DNA of 64,000 nt from an uncultured Planctomycetota bacterium (GTDB taxonomy: Bacteria; Planctomycetota; PLA2; JAEUHO01): the NCBI GenBank assembly GCA_963752285.1, contig CAVVXN010000005.1:2016001-2080000 (forward strand). Reading direction: 5' to 3'. The notes beneath the pieces were generated by a model that saw only the letters and a list, made by a program, of their open reading frames with translations, was not told the origin of the DNA and searched no databases. Below are positions 37,559 through 47,254 of the stretch, in pieces. The translations under genes and the position numbers were made by a program. Position 1 is the first letter of the stretch. Every line of letters starts with the position of its first letter.

Positions 37559-39793
37559 TCAGGTGCGCGCCTTGTAGCCCAGGACGAGGAGCGCGCAGGT
37601 GGACGCCCGCGCGACGCGCAGGACGAAGCCCGAGAGCTTGAGCCGGCGACCCGTCTCCTGGTAGAGGCCGAGCACGATCAGGTCGCACTCCGCCGCGCGG
37701 CGGAGGATCTCGCCGGCGGGGTCCGCTCCCCGCTCGACGACCACCTGGGCCGCGCCGCCCATCTCGTCCTCGGCGAGCACGCCGATCCGACGGCGCATGC
37801 GGTGGACGGCCTCGTCGGACGCTTCGGGGGGGAGGACGCACAGGTACGTCGTCTCGGGGCGCGTGAGGCGCCGCAGGCTGCCGAGCAGCCGCGCGCGGAG
37901 CGGGCTGTGGCGTCCGCGTCCCCCGATCGGGACGAGGACCCGGGTCGCCTCGCGAAAGCGCCACCCGCGCGGCGCGCGCAGGAGCAGGACGTCGCAGGGG
38001 ACGCGGTTCAGGAAGCGGTCGAAGCCCACGTCGTCGGCCGAGTCGGAGAGGTCGCGCAGGCCGACGAGGACGCTCGCGCAGTGGTGCGCCACGGCCACGC
38101 GCGAGATCTCGTCGAGCGGCGTGCGGGCCACCGTCAACATCGCCTGGGGCGTCAGCCCCTCGGCGAAGGAGGCCGTCAGCGCCTCGCGCACGACCTGCTC
38201 GGCCTGGAGCAGGCTCGGCGGCGGCGCGGCCGGGTCCCACACGTCGGGTGGGCGCACCACGTTCAGGAGCATCACGCGACTGAACCCGGGCGGCGAGACG
38301 GCGTGGGCTACGGCCACCATCGATGCGGCGTTCGCCGCGTTGCTCAAGGGGACGAGCACGAGCGGGCTGCGACCGCGCGACTTGACGAGCGCGGGGTCAG
38401 TCGCCTCGGCGGACGCGTCGAAGGTCGCGGCGCGGCCGGCGAAGCGGAGGACGTAGAGGGCGGAGCCGAGGACGAGCCAGGCGAGCGCGATCGCGCCGGC
38501 CAGCGGCACCGAGACGCCCTGGTACACGGCGAGGGCGAGGCAGGCGAGGCCGCCGACGACGGGCACGAGCGGGAAGAGCCGCACGCGGAAGGGGATCCGG
38601 TCGGCGTCGGTCCGGTGTCGAAACAGGACGTTGATCACGTGGGCGAGGAAGAACGTGACGAGGAAGATCAGCGAGGCGGCGGCGCCGGCCGTCGCGACGT
38701 CGGGGACGACGGCGAGGATCAGGAGCACGAGGCCCGTCACCACCAGCACGGCGAGCCGCGGGACGCCCCGTTCGCGGTCGAGGTTCCCGAGGATGGGCGA
38801 GAGCGTCCGGTCGCGCGCCATGGCGAAGGCGACCCGGGACGCGGCGAAGAGGTTCGCCTGGAGCGCGGAGAGCATGGCGAGCACGCCGGCCACCACCACG
38901 AGCCAGTAGCCGAAGTCGCCGAGGAACCGGCGTGCGGCGATCGCAACGACCCCCTCGGGGTTCTCGTGGCCCATCTCGAGGACGGACCGGCCGGGGGGCG
39001 TTCCGACCGTCGCGACCAGGAAGAGGAGCGGCAGGTAGATCACGAGGGCGATGCCGAGCGAGCCGAGCATCGCGCGGGGGAGGTTTCGCTCCGGGTGTTC
39101 GACCTCGCCCGCGACGGCCGCGATCAGGTCGAAGCCCTGGAGCGCGATGAAGGTGAACCCCATCGCCTGGAACAGTCCCGCCGCGCCGCGGGGGAGGAAC
39201 GGGGTCAGGCGTTCGCCGATCTCGCCGCCGGTCGCCCGCGTCAGCGCAACGAGCCCGCCCGCGATCAGGACCGCGAAGACCGTCGTCTTGGCGAGGTTGA
39301 TCCACCGTCCGCCGCCGGCCCCGCGCCGGAGGAGCCCGAGGGAGAAGTAGCTCGTCGCCAAGGCGCCGAGCACGGGAGGGAGCCACGTCGCGGCGAGCCA
39401 CGAGGGCGCGGCGCCGAAGAGCAGAAGGGCCGCCTCGCGGGCGAGGAGCACGGCGAACGTGCCGAAGCCGAGCGCGTAGAGGACCCCCGCGACGAGCGAC
39501 GCGAACCAGACGATCCAGCCGACCCCGAACGCGACACGCACGCTGAGGAAGCGCTTCGCGAAGCTGTACGTGCCGCCGGACTCGGGGTAGGCGGCGGACA
39601 TCTCCGCGAAGCTGAGCGCCGTGAGGAGAGCGATCCCGCCGTTCAGGGCGAAGGCGAGGAGCGCGGAGGGGCCGGTCGTCTCGAACGCGACGCCGGCGAG
39701 CGCGAGGATGCCTCCGCCGACGATCGCGCCGACGCCCACGCCGGTCGCGCCGGCGAGGCCCAGGGTTCTCGGAACGGGACCTTCCTGCCCCAT
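37559..39793 (-). CDS. APC-family amino acid permease with C-terminal universal-stress-protein-like domains
   Basis: GVGAIVGGGI, ESGGTY and FIALQGFD motifs; ~12 TM; C-terminal VLVPL / PCDVLLLR / DLIVLG USP motifs. Confidence 0.88.
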   Translation of the reverse strand: MGQEGPVPRTLGLAGATGVGVGAIVGGGILALAGVAFETTGPSALLAFALNGGIALLTALSFAEMSAAYPESGGTYSFAKRFLSVRVAFGVGWIVWFASLVAGVLYALGFGTFAVLLAREAALLLFGAAPSWLAATWLPPVLGALATSYFSLGLLRRGAGGGRWINLAKTTVFAVLIAGGLVALTRATGGEIGERLTPFLPRGAAGLFQAMGFTFIALQGFDLIAAVAGEVEHPERNLPRAMLGSLGIALVIYLPLLFLVATVGTPPGRSVLEMGHENPEGVVAIAARRFLGDFGYWLVVVAGVLAMLSALQANLFAASRVAFAMARDRTLSPILGNLDRERGVPRLAVLVVTGLVLLILAVVPDVATAGAAASLIFLVTFFLAHVINVLFRHRTDADRIPFRVRLFPLVPVVGGLACLALAVYQGVSVPLAGAIALAWLVLGSALYVLRFAGRAATFDASAEATDPALVKSRGRSPLVLVPLSNAANAASMVAVAHAVSPPGFSRVMLLNVVRPPDVWDPAAPPPSLLQAEQVVREALTASFAEGLTPQAMLTVARTPLDEISRVAVAHHCASVLVGLRDLSDSADDVGFDRFLNRVPCDVLLLRAPRGWRFREATRVLVPIGGRGRHSPLRARLLGSLRRLTRPETTYLCVLPPEASDEAVHRMRRRIGVLAEDEMGGAAQVVVERGADPAGEILRRAAECDLIVLGLYQETGRRLKLSGFVLRVARASTCALLVLGYKART

Positions 39794-39884
39794 GGGGGCC
39801 ACAGGGTACGGGACGTCCCGAAGGGCGCGCCGCGCGGTCCGCGCGCCCTCGGCGGATCCCGCCGTCGCCCCCTGGATTTGCCGC

Positions 39885-41102
39885 TCACGCCGCGTCGGGC
39901 GGCGGGCCCGCACGGGCCGTGGCGAGGATCGCGATCGCGAGGAGGGCCAGGCCGGCGCCGGCAGAGAACGCCGCGGCGGGGCCCATCGTCATCCAGAGCC
40001 AGCCGGCGAGCAGGCTCGCGGGCAGCGCGGTGACGCTCGTGACGCCGTGGAAGAGGCCGAACGCGCGGCCCCGCTCGCCGGCGGGGTGCAGGTCGGCGAC
40101 CCACGCGCGCTCGGCGCCCTCCGTCAGGCCGTGGACGACGCCGTAGAGGAGCATCAGGAGCACCATGTGCCAGGCCGCGTCCGCCGCCGCGAGGCCCGCG
40201 TACACGACCGCGTAGACCGTCCAGCCGGCGAGGATCAGGCGGCGCCGCCCCACGCGGTCGCTCAGCGCGCCGGCCGGCCGCGCCACGAGGGCCTTCACGC
40301 CGTTGAACCCCGCCCAGAGGAGGGGCAGCCCGACCTCGGGGATGCCGAGCGACGACGCGCGGAGGAGCAGGAACGCGTCGGACGAGTTGCCGAGCGTGAA
40401 GATCCCGAACGCGAGGAGGTAGCGGCGAAAGCCGGCCGTCGGGCAGTAGCCCTCCGCATCGGCCGCGCGCGGCCCGTCGAGGCGGTCGGGCGCCTCGACC
40501 TCCCGCGCCCCCACCACGAGGACGACCACCGAGAGCACGGCCGGCACGAACGCGAGGGCGAACACGACGCGGAGGTCGTCCGTCATCCACGCGAGCAGCG
40601 CGAAGGCGAGGAGCGGACCCGCGACCGCGCCCGCGTTGTCCATGGCGCGTTGCCACCCGAACGCCTCTCCGCGCCGCTCCCGCGAAATCGAGCTCGCGAG
40701 GAGCGCGTCTCGCGGCGAGGTCCGGAGCCCCTTCCCCACCCGGTCCAGGAAGCGCGCGCCGAGGACGTGCCATCCCGCCGCCGCGACGGCGACGAGCGGC
40801 CGCGTCGCGGCGCTGAGCCCGTAGCCGAGGATCGCGAAGGGCAGCCGCCGCCGCACGCGGTCCGACCACCAGCCCGACGCGACCTTGATCAGCGCCGCGG
40901 TGCTCTCGGCGATCCCCTCCACGAGGCCGACGAACACCGTGCTCGCGCCCAGGGTCACGGTGAGAAACGTGGGCAGGAGCGGGTAGATCGCGTCCGTCGA
41001 CACGTCGGTCAAGAAGCTCGTCCAGCCGAACGCGCGGACGTTTCGCGGCAGCGGCTCGCGCGCGCGACTCCGATCGGGACGCGAACCGGTCGCGGCGCTC
41101 AT
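39885..41102 (-). CDS. MFS transporter
   Basis: GWWSDRVRRR and GALSDRVGRR motif A; DRVGKGLRTSPRDALL; GNSSDAFL. Confidence 0.92.
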   Translation of the reverse strand: MSAATGSRPDRSRAREPLPRNVRAFGWTSFLTDVSTDAIYPLLPTFLTVTLGASTVFVGLVEGIAESTAALIKVASGWWSDRVRRRLPFAILGYGLSAATRPLVAVAAAGWHVLGARFLDRVGKGLRTSPRDALLASSISRERRGEAFGWQRAMDNAGAVAGPLLAFALLAWMTDDLRVVFALAFVPAVLSVVVLVVGAREVEAPDRLDGPRAADAEGYCPTAGFRRYLLAFGIFTLGNSSDAFLLLRASSLGIPEVGLPLLWAGFNGVKALVARPAGALSDRVGRRRLILAGWTVYAVVYAGLAAADAAWHMVLLMLLYGVVHGLTEGAERAWVADLHPAGERGRAFGLFHGVTSVTALPASLLAGWLWMTMGPAAAFSAGAGLALLAIAILATARAGPPPDAA

Positions 41103-42028
41103 CGCGGCGCGTACGAGAAGCTCTGGGTGAAGGTGACCTTGCCGTCGCCGACCCACTCGAAGCTCATGAGGTTCGAGCCCAGGTGGGTGAAGTGGACGTC
41201 GTTCCGCACGTTCTGGAGGAGCACGTAGACGGGCGGGAGCGACGAGAACGTGGCGTGGTGGCGCTTCACGAAGTACGGGTCTACCGGGACCCACCCGAGG
41301 TCGCCGAGGTAGACCTCCGCGAGGTCGTGCTCGGAGGTGTCTCCCGGTCCGACCGGAAGCGCGACGTGGCAGGTCCAGACGCGCGCCGGAAGGTGCGCGG
41401 CGCGACAGAGCGCGACGTACAGGTTGGTGAACTCGGTGCAGTCGCCCCGCCGCGCGACGAGAGCCCAGAGCGCGCCGTGGGGACGGCTGTCGTACCCGCC
41501 GGACGCGAGGTGATCGGTCACGAAATCGAGGACGCGACGCGCCGTGGCGGCCGGGTCCTTCCCCTCGAGGCCCTTCGCGGCCTCCTCGATCGCGGGATCG
41601 CACGCCTCGATCCACATCTCCTCGTCGAGGTCTCGTGCGAGGTCCTCGGGCCGCGCGATCCGCCGGGCGCCCGGGTGCGCGCGGACCCAGGAGAGACCGC
41701 CGGGGTAGAGCCGCACGTCCGAGACCACCCGCACCTCCACCGGATGGTCGAGCGGTGAAGCGAACGAGAACCACGCGTAGCGCATGCCGCCCGCGTCCCT
41801 CGTCTGCCGGGGCCTCGGCTCGTACTCGGTCGAGAGCACGTCCTGGCGACCGAGGACGTCGGTCGGGACCGCGGCCTTGACGCTCAGCCGGTCCACCGGG
41901 CCCGACGGCGTGAACGCGTACGCGAGCGTCGCGCGGACGACCACGCCGCCCTCGCTCCCGGCGCCGCTCGCCGGCCGATGCGCGCCGAGGGCGAACACGA
42001 GCGCGAGGACGATCGAGGTCCGGGTCAT
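41099..42028 (-). CDS. Secreted transglutaminase-like domain protein
   Basis: GDCTEF (Cys) and HDLAEVYLGDLGWVPVDP (His, Asp) triad; signal peptide. Confidence 0.85.
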   Translation of the reverse strand: MTRTSIVLALVFALGAHRPASGAGSEGGVVVRATLAYAFTPSGPVDRLSVKAAVPTDVLGRQDVLSTEYEPRPRQTRDAGGMRYAWFSFASPLDHPVEVRVVSDVRLYPGGLSWVRAHPGARRIARPEDLARDLDEEMWIEACDPAIEEAAKGLEGKDPAATARRVLDFVTDHLASGGYDSRPHGALWALVARRGDCTEFTNLYVALCRAAHLPARVWTCHVALPVGPGDTSEHDLAEVYLGDLGWVPVDPYFVKRHHATFSSLPPVYVLLQNVRNDVHFTHLGSNLMSFEWVGDGKVTFTQSFSYAPR

Positions 42029-42227
42029 CTGCCTCCGCCCGAGAGCGGGATGCTACGCGGCCGAACGGGCGGACGGGAGGAGGCCCCATCGCGCCCGACG
42101 GCGGTGGGGACCGCGCGTCGCCGAATCGAGCCCGACGCGGGCGCCCGGACCGGGCGATCGGCCGCGCGAGGCGCCTCCGGCCGGGCGCGCCGGGGTACAG
42201 TTGGGGATTCGGACGACGGAGCGTGGC

Positions 42228-43022
42228 GTGACCCCGAGAGAGACCCGTGCCGGGACGGTCGGCGTGTTGCTCGCGGGCGGCTCCGGGATGCGGATGCGCC
42301 CGTTGACGCTCCACACGAACAAGCACCTCATCCCCGTCCACATGCGGCCGATGATCGAGTACCCGCTCGGGACCCTGCTCTCGCTGGGGATCCGAGAGGT
42401 CCTCGTGATCACCGGACGCGAGCACATGGGCCGCGTCGTGGAGGTCCTGGGCAGCGGCCGCGCGTACGGCGACGGCGTGGACCTGACGTACAAGGTCCAG
42501 GACGAGGCCCAGGGCATCGCACACGCCCTGGGCCTCGCCGAGGCGTTCGCGGCGGGCCGTCGAGTCGCGGTCGTGCTGGGCGACAACGTCTTCGACGACG
42601 ACTCGATCGCGCCCGTCGCCCGCGCCTTCGCAAAGGCGGAGCCCCCTTTGGCGGTCAACTTCCTCGCGCGGGTCCCGAACCCGGGGGCCTACGGCGTCGC
42701 CGAGGTGGCCGACGGCCGGGTGAAGGCCATCGTCGAGAAGCCGGAGGTGCCGTCGTCCGATCTCGCGGTGACCGGTCTCTATCTCTACCCGCCGGACGTC
42801 TTCGAGCGCGTGCGCCGGCTCGAGCCCTCCGCGCGCGGCGAGCTCGAGATCACCGACGTGAACAACGCGTACGCCGCCGAGGGGCGCCTCCTCGGACACG
42901 AGGTCTCGCGCTGGTTCGACGCGGGCGAGCCGGAACCGTGGATGCGCGCGCAGGCGTGGGTCACGGCGAACCCCGCGCGCTTCGGGCCCGGACGGTTCCG
43001 GCTCGGGAACGGTGTCTCGTGA
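42228..43022 (+). CDS. rmlA: Glucose-1-phosphate thymidylyltransferase (RmlA/SpsI-like)
   Basis: LLAGGSGMRMRPLT..NKHLIPV, VLGDN, IVEKP, AVTGLYLY and SARGELEITD motifs. Confidence 0.85.
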   Translation: MTPRETRAGTVGVLLAGGSGMRMRPLTLHTNKHLIPVHMRPMIEYPLGTLLSLGIREVLVITGREHMGRVVEVLGSGRAYGDGVDLTYKVQDEAQGIAHALGLAEAFAAGRRVAVVLGDNVFDDDSIAPVARAFAKAEPPLAVNFLARVPNPGAYGVAEVADGRVKAIVEKPEVPSSDLAVTGLYLYPPDVFERVRRLEPSARGELEITDVNNAYAAEGRLLGHEVSRWFDAGEPEPWMRAQAWVTANPARFGPGRFRLGNGVS

Positions 43023-43858
43023 GCCGGCGCGTCCTGATCTTCGGACACGGCTGGCTCGGGAGCACGTGGTCCGGACGACTCCCCGACGTGGTCGTCACCG
43101 ACGCCGACATCGCCGACGCGCACGCCGTCGAAGAGGCGTTCGACGCGGTCCGCCCCGATCGCGTGGTGAACGCCGCGGGCAAGACGGGACACCCCAACGT
43201 GGACGCGCTCGAGGGCGAGCCGGCCCTCGCCTACCGGAGCAACGTGATCGGCCCGCTCGTGCTCGCGACGTCGTGCCGGCGCCGCGGCATCCACATGACG
43301 CACCTGTCGAGCGGCTGCGTGTACACCGGCGACAACGAGGGAAGGGGCTACGGGGAGGAGGACCCCCCGAACTTCTCCGGCAGCCTCTACGCGAGGACCA
43401 AGATCCTCGCCGAGCGCGCGCTTCGTGACTTCGGGGTGCTCCAGCTGCGGGTGCGCATGCCTCTCTCGTCGTTCCCCCACGCGAGGAACCTCCTCACGAA
43501 GCTGCTCGGGTACGAGCGGACCGTGAGCATCCCGAACAGCGTCACGGTGCTCGAGGACGCGTGGCCGGTCGCCGAGGCGTTGATGGAGCAGGGCCGCACG
43601 GGCGTGTGGAACCTCGTGAACGACGGCGTCGAGCGCCACGACGAGCTGCTGCACCTGTGGCGCGAGCGCGTGGAGCCCGAACGCCGCGTGGAGGTCGTCC
43701 CCGAGGCGGCGCTCGGCCTCAAGGCCGGACGGTCGAACTGCGTGCTCTCGACCGCGAAGCTGCACGCCGCGGGCCTCGCGCTCCGTCCGCTCTCGGAGAG
43801 CCTGCCCGAGCTCGTGGACGCCTACGCGCGCCACCTCGAGGGCAGCCCCCGTCTCTGA
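43019..43858 (+). CDS. NDP-4-keto-6-deoxyglucose 3,5-epimerase/4-reductase (RmlD superfamily, NRS/ER-like)
   Basis: GHGWLG, NAAGKTGHPNVD, SSGCVY, YARTK, LRVRMP and RNLLTKL motifs; GTG start overlaps the rmlA stop. Confidence 0.75.
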   Translation: MSRRVLIFGHGWLGSTWSGRLPDVVVTDADIADAHAVEEAFDAVRPDRVVNAAGKTGHPNVDALEGEPALAYRSNVIGPLVLATSCRRRGIHMTHLSSGCVYTGDNEGRGYGEEDPPNFSGSLYARTKILAERALRDFGVLQLRVRMPLSSFPHARNLLTKLLGYERTVSIPNSVTVLEDAWPVAEALMEQGRTGVWNLVNDGVERHDELLHLWRERVEPERRVEVVPEAALGLKAGRSNCVLSTAKLHAAGLALRPLSESLPELVDAYARHLEGSPRL

Positions 43859-43957
43859 CCCCGCGCGGGACGGAGCGCCGGAGCGCCGCGGCCCGGTCGC
43901 GCTTTGACTCGGGCTCGCGGCAGGGCTACGTTCCCCCGTTCTTCCCCGGAACCCACC

Positions 43958-46900
43958 ATGCCCCGAGCGCTCGCCACGACGTACGAACCCGGACCGACCC
44001 AGTCGAGCGTGATGCGCCGCTGGGTCGAGGCCGACGCGTTCGCCGCCGTCCCCGACGGACGCGGACCGGACGAGCGCTACGTCATCATGATGCCCCTGCC
44101 GAACGTCACGGGCGCGCTCCACATGGGGCACGCCATGGACAACGTGATGCAGGACCTCCTGATCCGCTGGCGGCGGATGCAGGGGCGAAACGTGCTCTGG
44201 CAGCCGGGCACCGACCACGCCGGCATCGGGACCCAGGCCGTGGTCGAGAAGCGCCTCCTCGAGCTCGAGGGGAAGACGCGCCACGACATCGGCCGGGACG
44301 CGCTCGTGGAGCGGATCCTGGCCTGGAAGGACGAGTACCAGCAGCGGATCGTCCGGCAGCAGCAGGAGATGGGCTGCTCCGCCGACTGGAAGCGCCAACG
44401 ATTCACCATGGACCCCGTGTGCACGCGGGCCGTGCGCGAGGCGTTCTTCCGTCTGTTCCAGGACGGCCTCGTCACGCTCGGCGACCGGCTCGTCAACTGG
44501 GACTGTCTCCTCCAGACCGCCGTCTCCGACGACGAGGTCTATCACGAGACGGTGCAGGGCCACTTCTGGCATCTCCGCTACCCCGTGATCGACCCGAAGC
44601 CGGGCGAACCGACGCACGTGACCGTGGCGACGACCCGTCCCGAGACGATGCTCGGCGACACCGCCGTCGCGTGCCATCCCGACCCGGAGCGGGCGCTCGA
44701 GACGGCGATCGAAGCCGCGCGCGCGGCCGCGCTCGCCGCGCCGTCGAAGGAGCGCGCCGAGAAGCAGGCCGAGCTCGAGCGCCTCGAGGCGCGGCGCGAG
44801 ACCCACCTCCCCACGCTCCTGCGTCTCGTCGAGATGGCGAAGGACGGGCGGCACGTGATGCTCCCGCTCCTCGACCGCGCGATCCCGCTGATCCTCGACG
44901 CGTGGGCGAAGCCCGAGCTCGGCTCGGGTTGCGTCAAGATCACGCCGGCGCACGACCCGAACGACCACGCGGTGTGGGAGCGCCACCGGGACCAGATCGG
45001 CCGGATCAACATCCTGAACCCCGACGGGACGCTCGACGCGGAGGCAGGGCCGTACGCCGGCATGGACCGCTTCGAGGCGAGAGACGCCGTGGTGTCGGAC
45101 CTCGAGAAGGAGGGCCTCCTCGAGGCCGTCGAGGACCGCGAGGTCGAGGTGGGCCACAGCGAGCGCTCGCGGAGCCCGATCGAACCGTACCTCTCGAAGC
45201 AGTGGTTCGTGCGCATGGGCGACGTCGAGGGCGGCGTGGTGTTCGGGCGCGGCACGCCGAACGAGTTCAGAGCCGCCGGCCTCGCAGAGATCGCGAGCGA
45301 CGCGGCCTTGGGCTCGTGGACCTCACCGACGGGCCGCGCGCTCGCCTTCCACCCCGCGCGGTACCTGGGGCCCTACGCGAGCTGGCTCTCCGAGAAGCGC
45401 GACTGGTGCATCAGCCGCCAGCTCTGGTGGGGCCACCGGATCCCGGTGTGGTCCCGAACCCTCGAGACGCGAGCGCAGACGCTCGGCGTCCTCGCCGAGA
45501 TCCCCCACGCCGACGGGGACGGGCTCGCGACGTGGATCGTGGACGCGTCGGGCACCGCGCGGGGCCCCACCGAGGCGCACGGCCTCCCGTCCGACGGCCC
45601 GTTCACGATCCAGGTCTGCCTCCGCGGCAGCGAGGCCGACCGCGCCTACGCCGCGCGGATCGAGGCGGCGGGCCTCGCCCAGGATCCGGACGTGCTCGAC
45701 ACGTGGTTCTCGTCGGCGTGCTGGCCCTTCAGCACCCTCGGGTGGCCCGACCCCGAGACCGCGCCCGTCGAACCCGGTCAGCGCGCCCTCGGCGCGTCGA
45801 AGGACGGTCCCGACTCGTTCGCGTTCTACTACCCCGGCTCCTGCCTGGTGACGGGACGCGACATCATCACGCTCTGGGTCGCGCGAATGCTCGTGTTCGG
45901 GCTCTACCTCCACGGCGACGTGCCCTTCACCGACTGCTTCGTCCACGCCAACATCCTCGACGGCAAGGGCGTGCGCATGTCGAAGAGCCGCGGGAACGGC
46001 ATCGACCCCGTGGACATCATCGAGGGCTACGGGGCCGACGCGATGCGCTATCTCCTCGCCGATCTCGAGACGGGGAACCAGGACGTGCGCCTGCCCGTGC
46101 AGGCGCGGTGCCCGTCGTGCGAGGCGCTGGTCGAGCTCGCCGAGGCGCGCCACGGGAAGACGATCTTCACGTACCTCTGCACCGCGTGCAGCGCGGAGTT
46201 CGACGTGCTCGGCACGATGTCCGACGTGCCGCCGGCGACCATCACCAGCGATCGCTTCGAGGCCGGGCGGAACTTCTGCAACAAGCTCTGGAACGCCGCG
46301 CGCTTCGTGTTCCTGAACCTCGGGGAGCGGCTCGAGCACCGCCCCCTCGCCCCCGAGGACCTCGCGCCCGAGGACCGCTGGATCCTCTCGCGCCTCGCGC
46401 GCGCCGTCGGTCGCGTGACCGAGGGCCTCGAGGCGTACGCGCCCTCCACCGCCATCGGCGCCGCGCGCGACTTCTTCTGGAACGAGCTCTGCGACTGGTA
46501 CCTGGAGCTCGTGAAGCCCCGCCTGAAGCCCGAGGCCGCGGGCGGGACGGCGCGCCAGGTGCTCGGGTTCGTGCTCGACCAGGTGCTCCGGCTGCTCCAC
46601 CCCTTCGTCCCGTTCATCACGGAGTCCCTGTGGGAGCACCTCGGGGAGATCGCGCCGGCCCGCGGGATCGAGCGCGCGATCGAGGTGCCCTCGCTCCTGA
46701 TCCACGCGCCCTGGCCGTCGCCGCGTACGACCGACCTCGACGAGGCCCTCGAGGCCGAGATCGACCGGCTCCAGGGCACGATCCGCCGCCTTCGCGACCT
46801 TCGCGCGCGCTACGCCGTGCCGCCGCGGAAGGACCTCCCCGTCGCGATCCGCGCGCCGGCCGCTCTCTCGGAGACGCTCGGCCGCCAGGCGCACCTGCTC

Positions 46901-47209
46901 CGGGACCAGGCGCGGATCTCCGAGCTCCGCCTCGGCCCCGACGCCGAGCCCCCGGCGAACGCGGCCACGCAGGTCTTCGAGGAGATGGAGATCTTCCTCG
47001 GCGGCGTGCTCGACCCCGAGAAGGAGCGCGCCCGCCTCGGGAAGGAACGCGCCAAGCTCTTGGAGCGGATCCAGGGCGGCGAGAAGCGCCTCCAGAACCC
47101 GGGCTTCGTCGAACGCGCGCCCGCCAAGGTGGTCGAGGCCGAGCGGACGCGTCTCGAGGACCTCCGCCGGGAGCTCGAGCTCCTCGAGCGAAACCTCGCC
47201 GCCCTCTGA
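43958..47209 (+). CDS. valS: Valine--tRNA ligase
   Basis: PNVTGALHMGH (HIGH), DHAGI, ATTRPET, DWCISRQLWWGH, DVLDTWFSS and RMSKS motifs; C-terminal coiled coil. Confidence 0.97.
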   Translation: MPRALATTYEPGPTQSSVMRRWVEADAFAAVPDGRGPDERYVIMMPLPNVTGALHMGHAMDNVMQDLLIRWRRMQGRNVLWQPGTDHAGIGTQAVVEKRLLELEGKTRHDIGRDALVERILAWKDEYQQRIVRQQQEMGCSADWKRQRFTMDPVCTRAVREAFFRLFQDGLVTLGDRLVNWDCLLQTAVSDDEVYHETVQGHFWHLRYPVIDPKPGEPTHVTVATTRPETMLGDTAVACHPDPERALETAIEAARAAALAAPSKERAEKQAELERLEARRETHLPTLLRLVEMAKDGRHVMLPLLDRAIPLILDAWAKPELGSGCVKITPAHDPNDHAVWERHRDQIGRINILNPDGTLDAEAGPYAGMDRFEARDAVVSDLEKEGLLEAVEDREVEVGHSERSRSPIEPYLSKQWFVRMGDVEGGVVFGRGTPNEFRAAGLAEIASDAALGSWTSPTGRALAFHPARYLGPYASWLSEKRDWCISRQLWWGHRIPVWSRTLETRAQTLGVLAEIPHADGDGLATWIVDASGTARGPTEAHGLPSDGPFTIQVCLRGSEADRAYAARIEAAGLAQDPDVLDTWFSSACWPFSTLGWPDPETAPVEPGQRALGASKDGPDSFAFYYPGSCLVTGRDIITLWVARMLVFGLYLHGDVPFTDCFVHANILDGKGVRMSKSRGNGIDPVDIIEGYGADAMRYLLADLETGNQDVRLPVQARCPSCEALVELAEARHGKTIFTYLCTACSAEFDVLGTMSDVPPATITSDRFEAGRNFCNKLWNAARFVFLNLGERLEHRPLAPEDLAPEDRWILSRLARAVGRVTEGLEAYAPSTAIGAARDFFWNELCDWYLELVKPRLKPEAAGGTARQVLGFVLDQVLRLLHPFVPFITESLWEHLGEIAPARGIERAIEVPSLLIHAPWPSPRTTDLDEALEAEIDRLQGTIRRLRDLRARYAVPPRKDLPVAIRAPAALSETLGRQAHLLRDQARISELRLGPDAEPPANAATQVFEEMEIFLGGVLDPEKERARLGKERAKLLERIQGGEKRLQNPGFVERAPAKVVEAERTRLEDLRRELELLERNLAAL

Positions 47210-47254
47210 GGGAGGCCGCCAGCTACGGAGGCGCGCACGATCCACCACGCTTCG

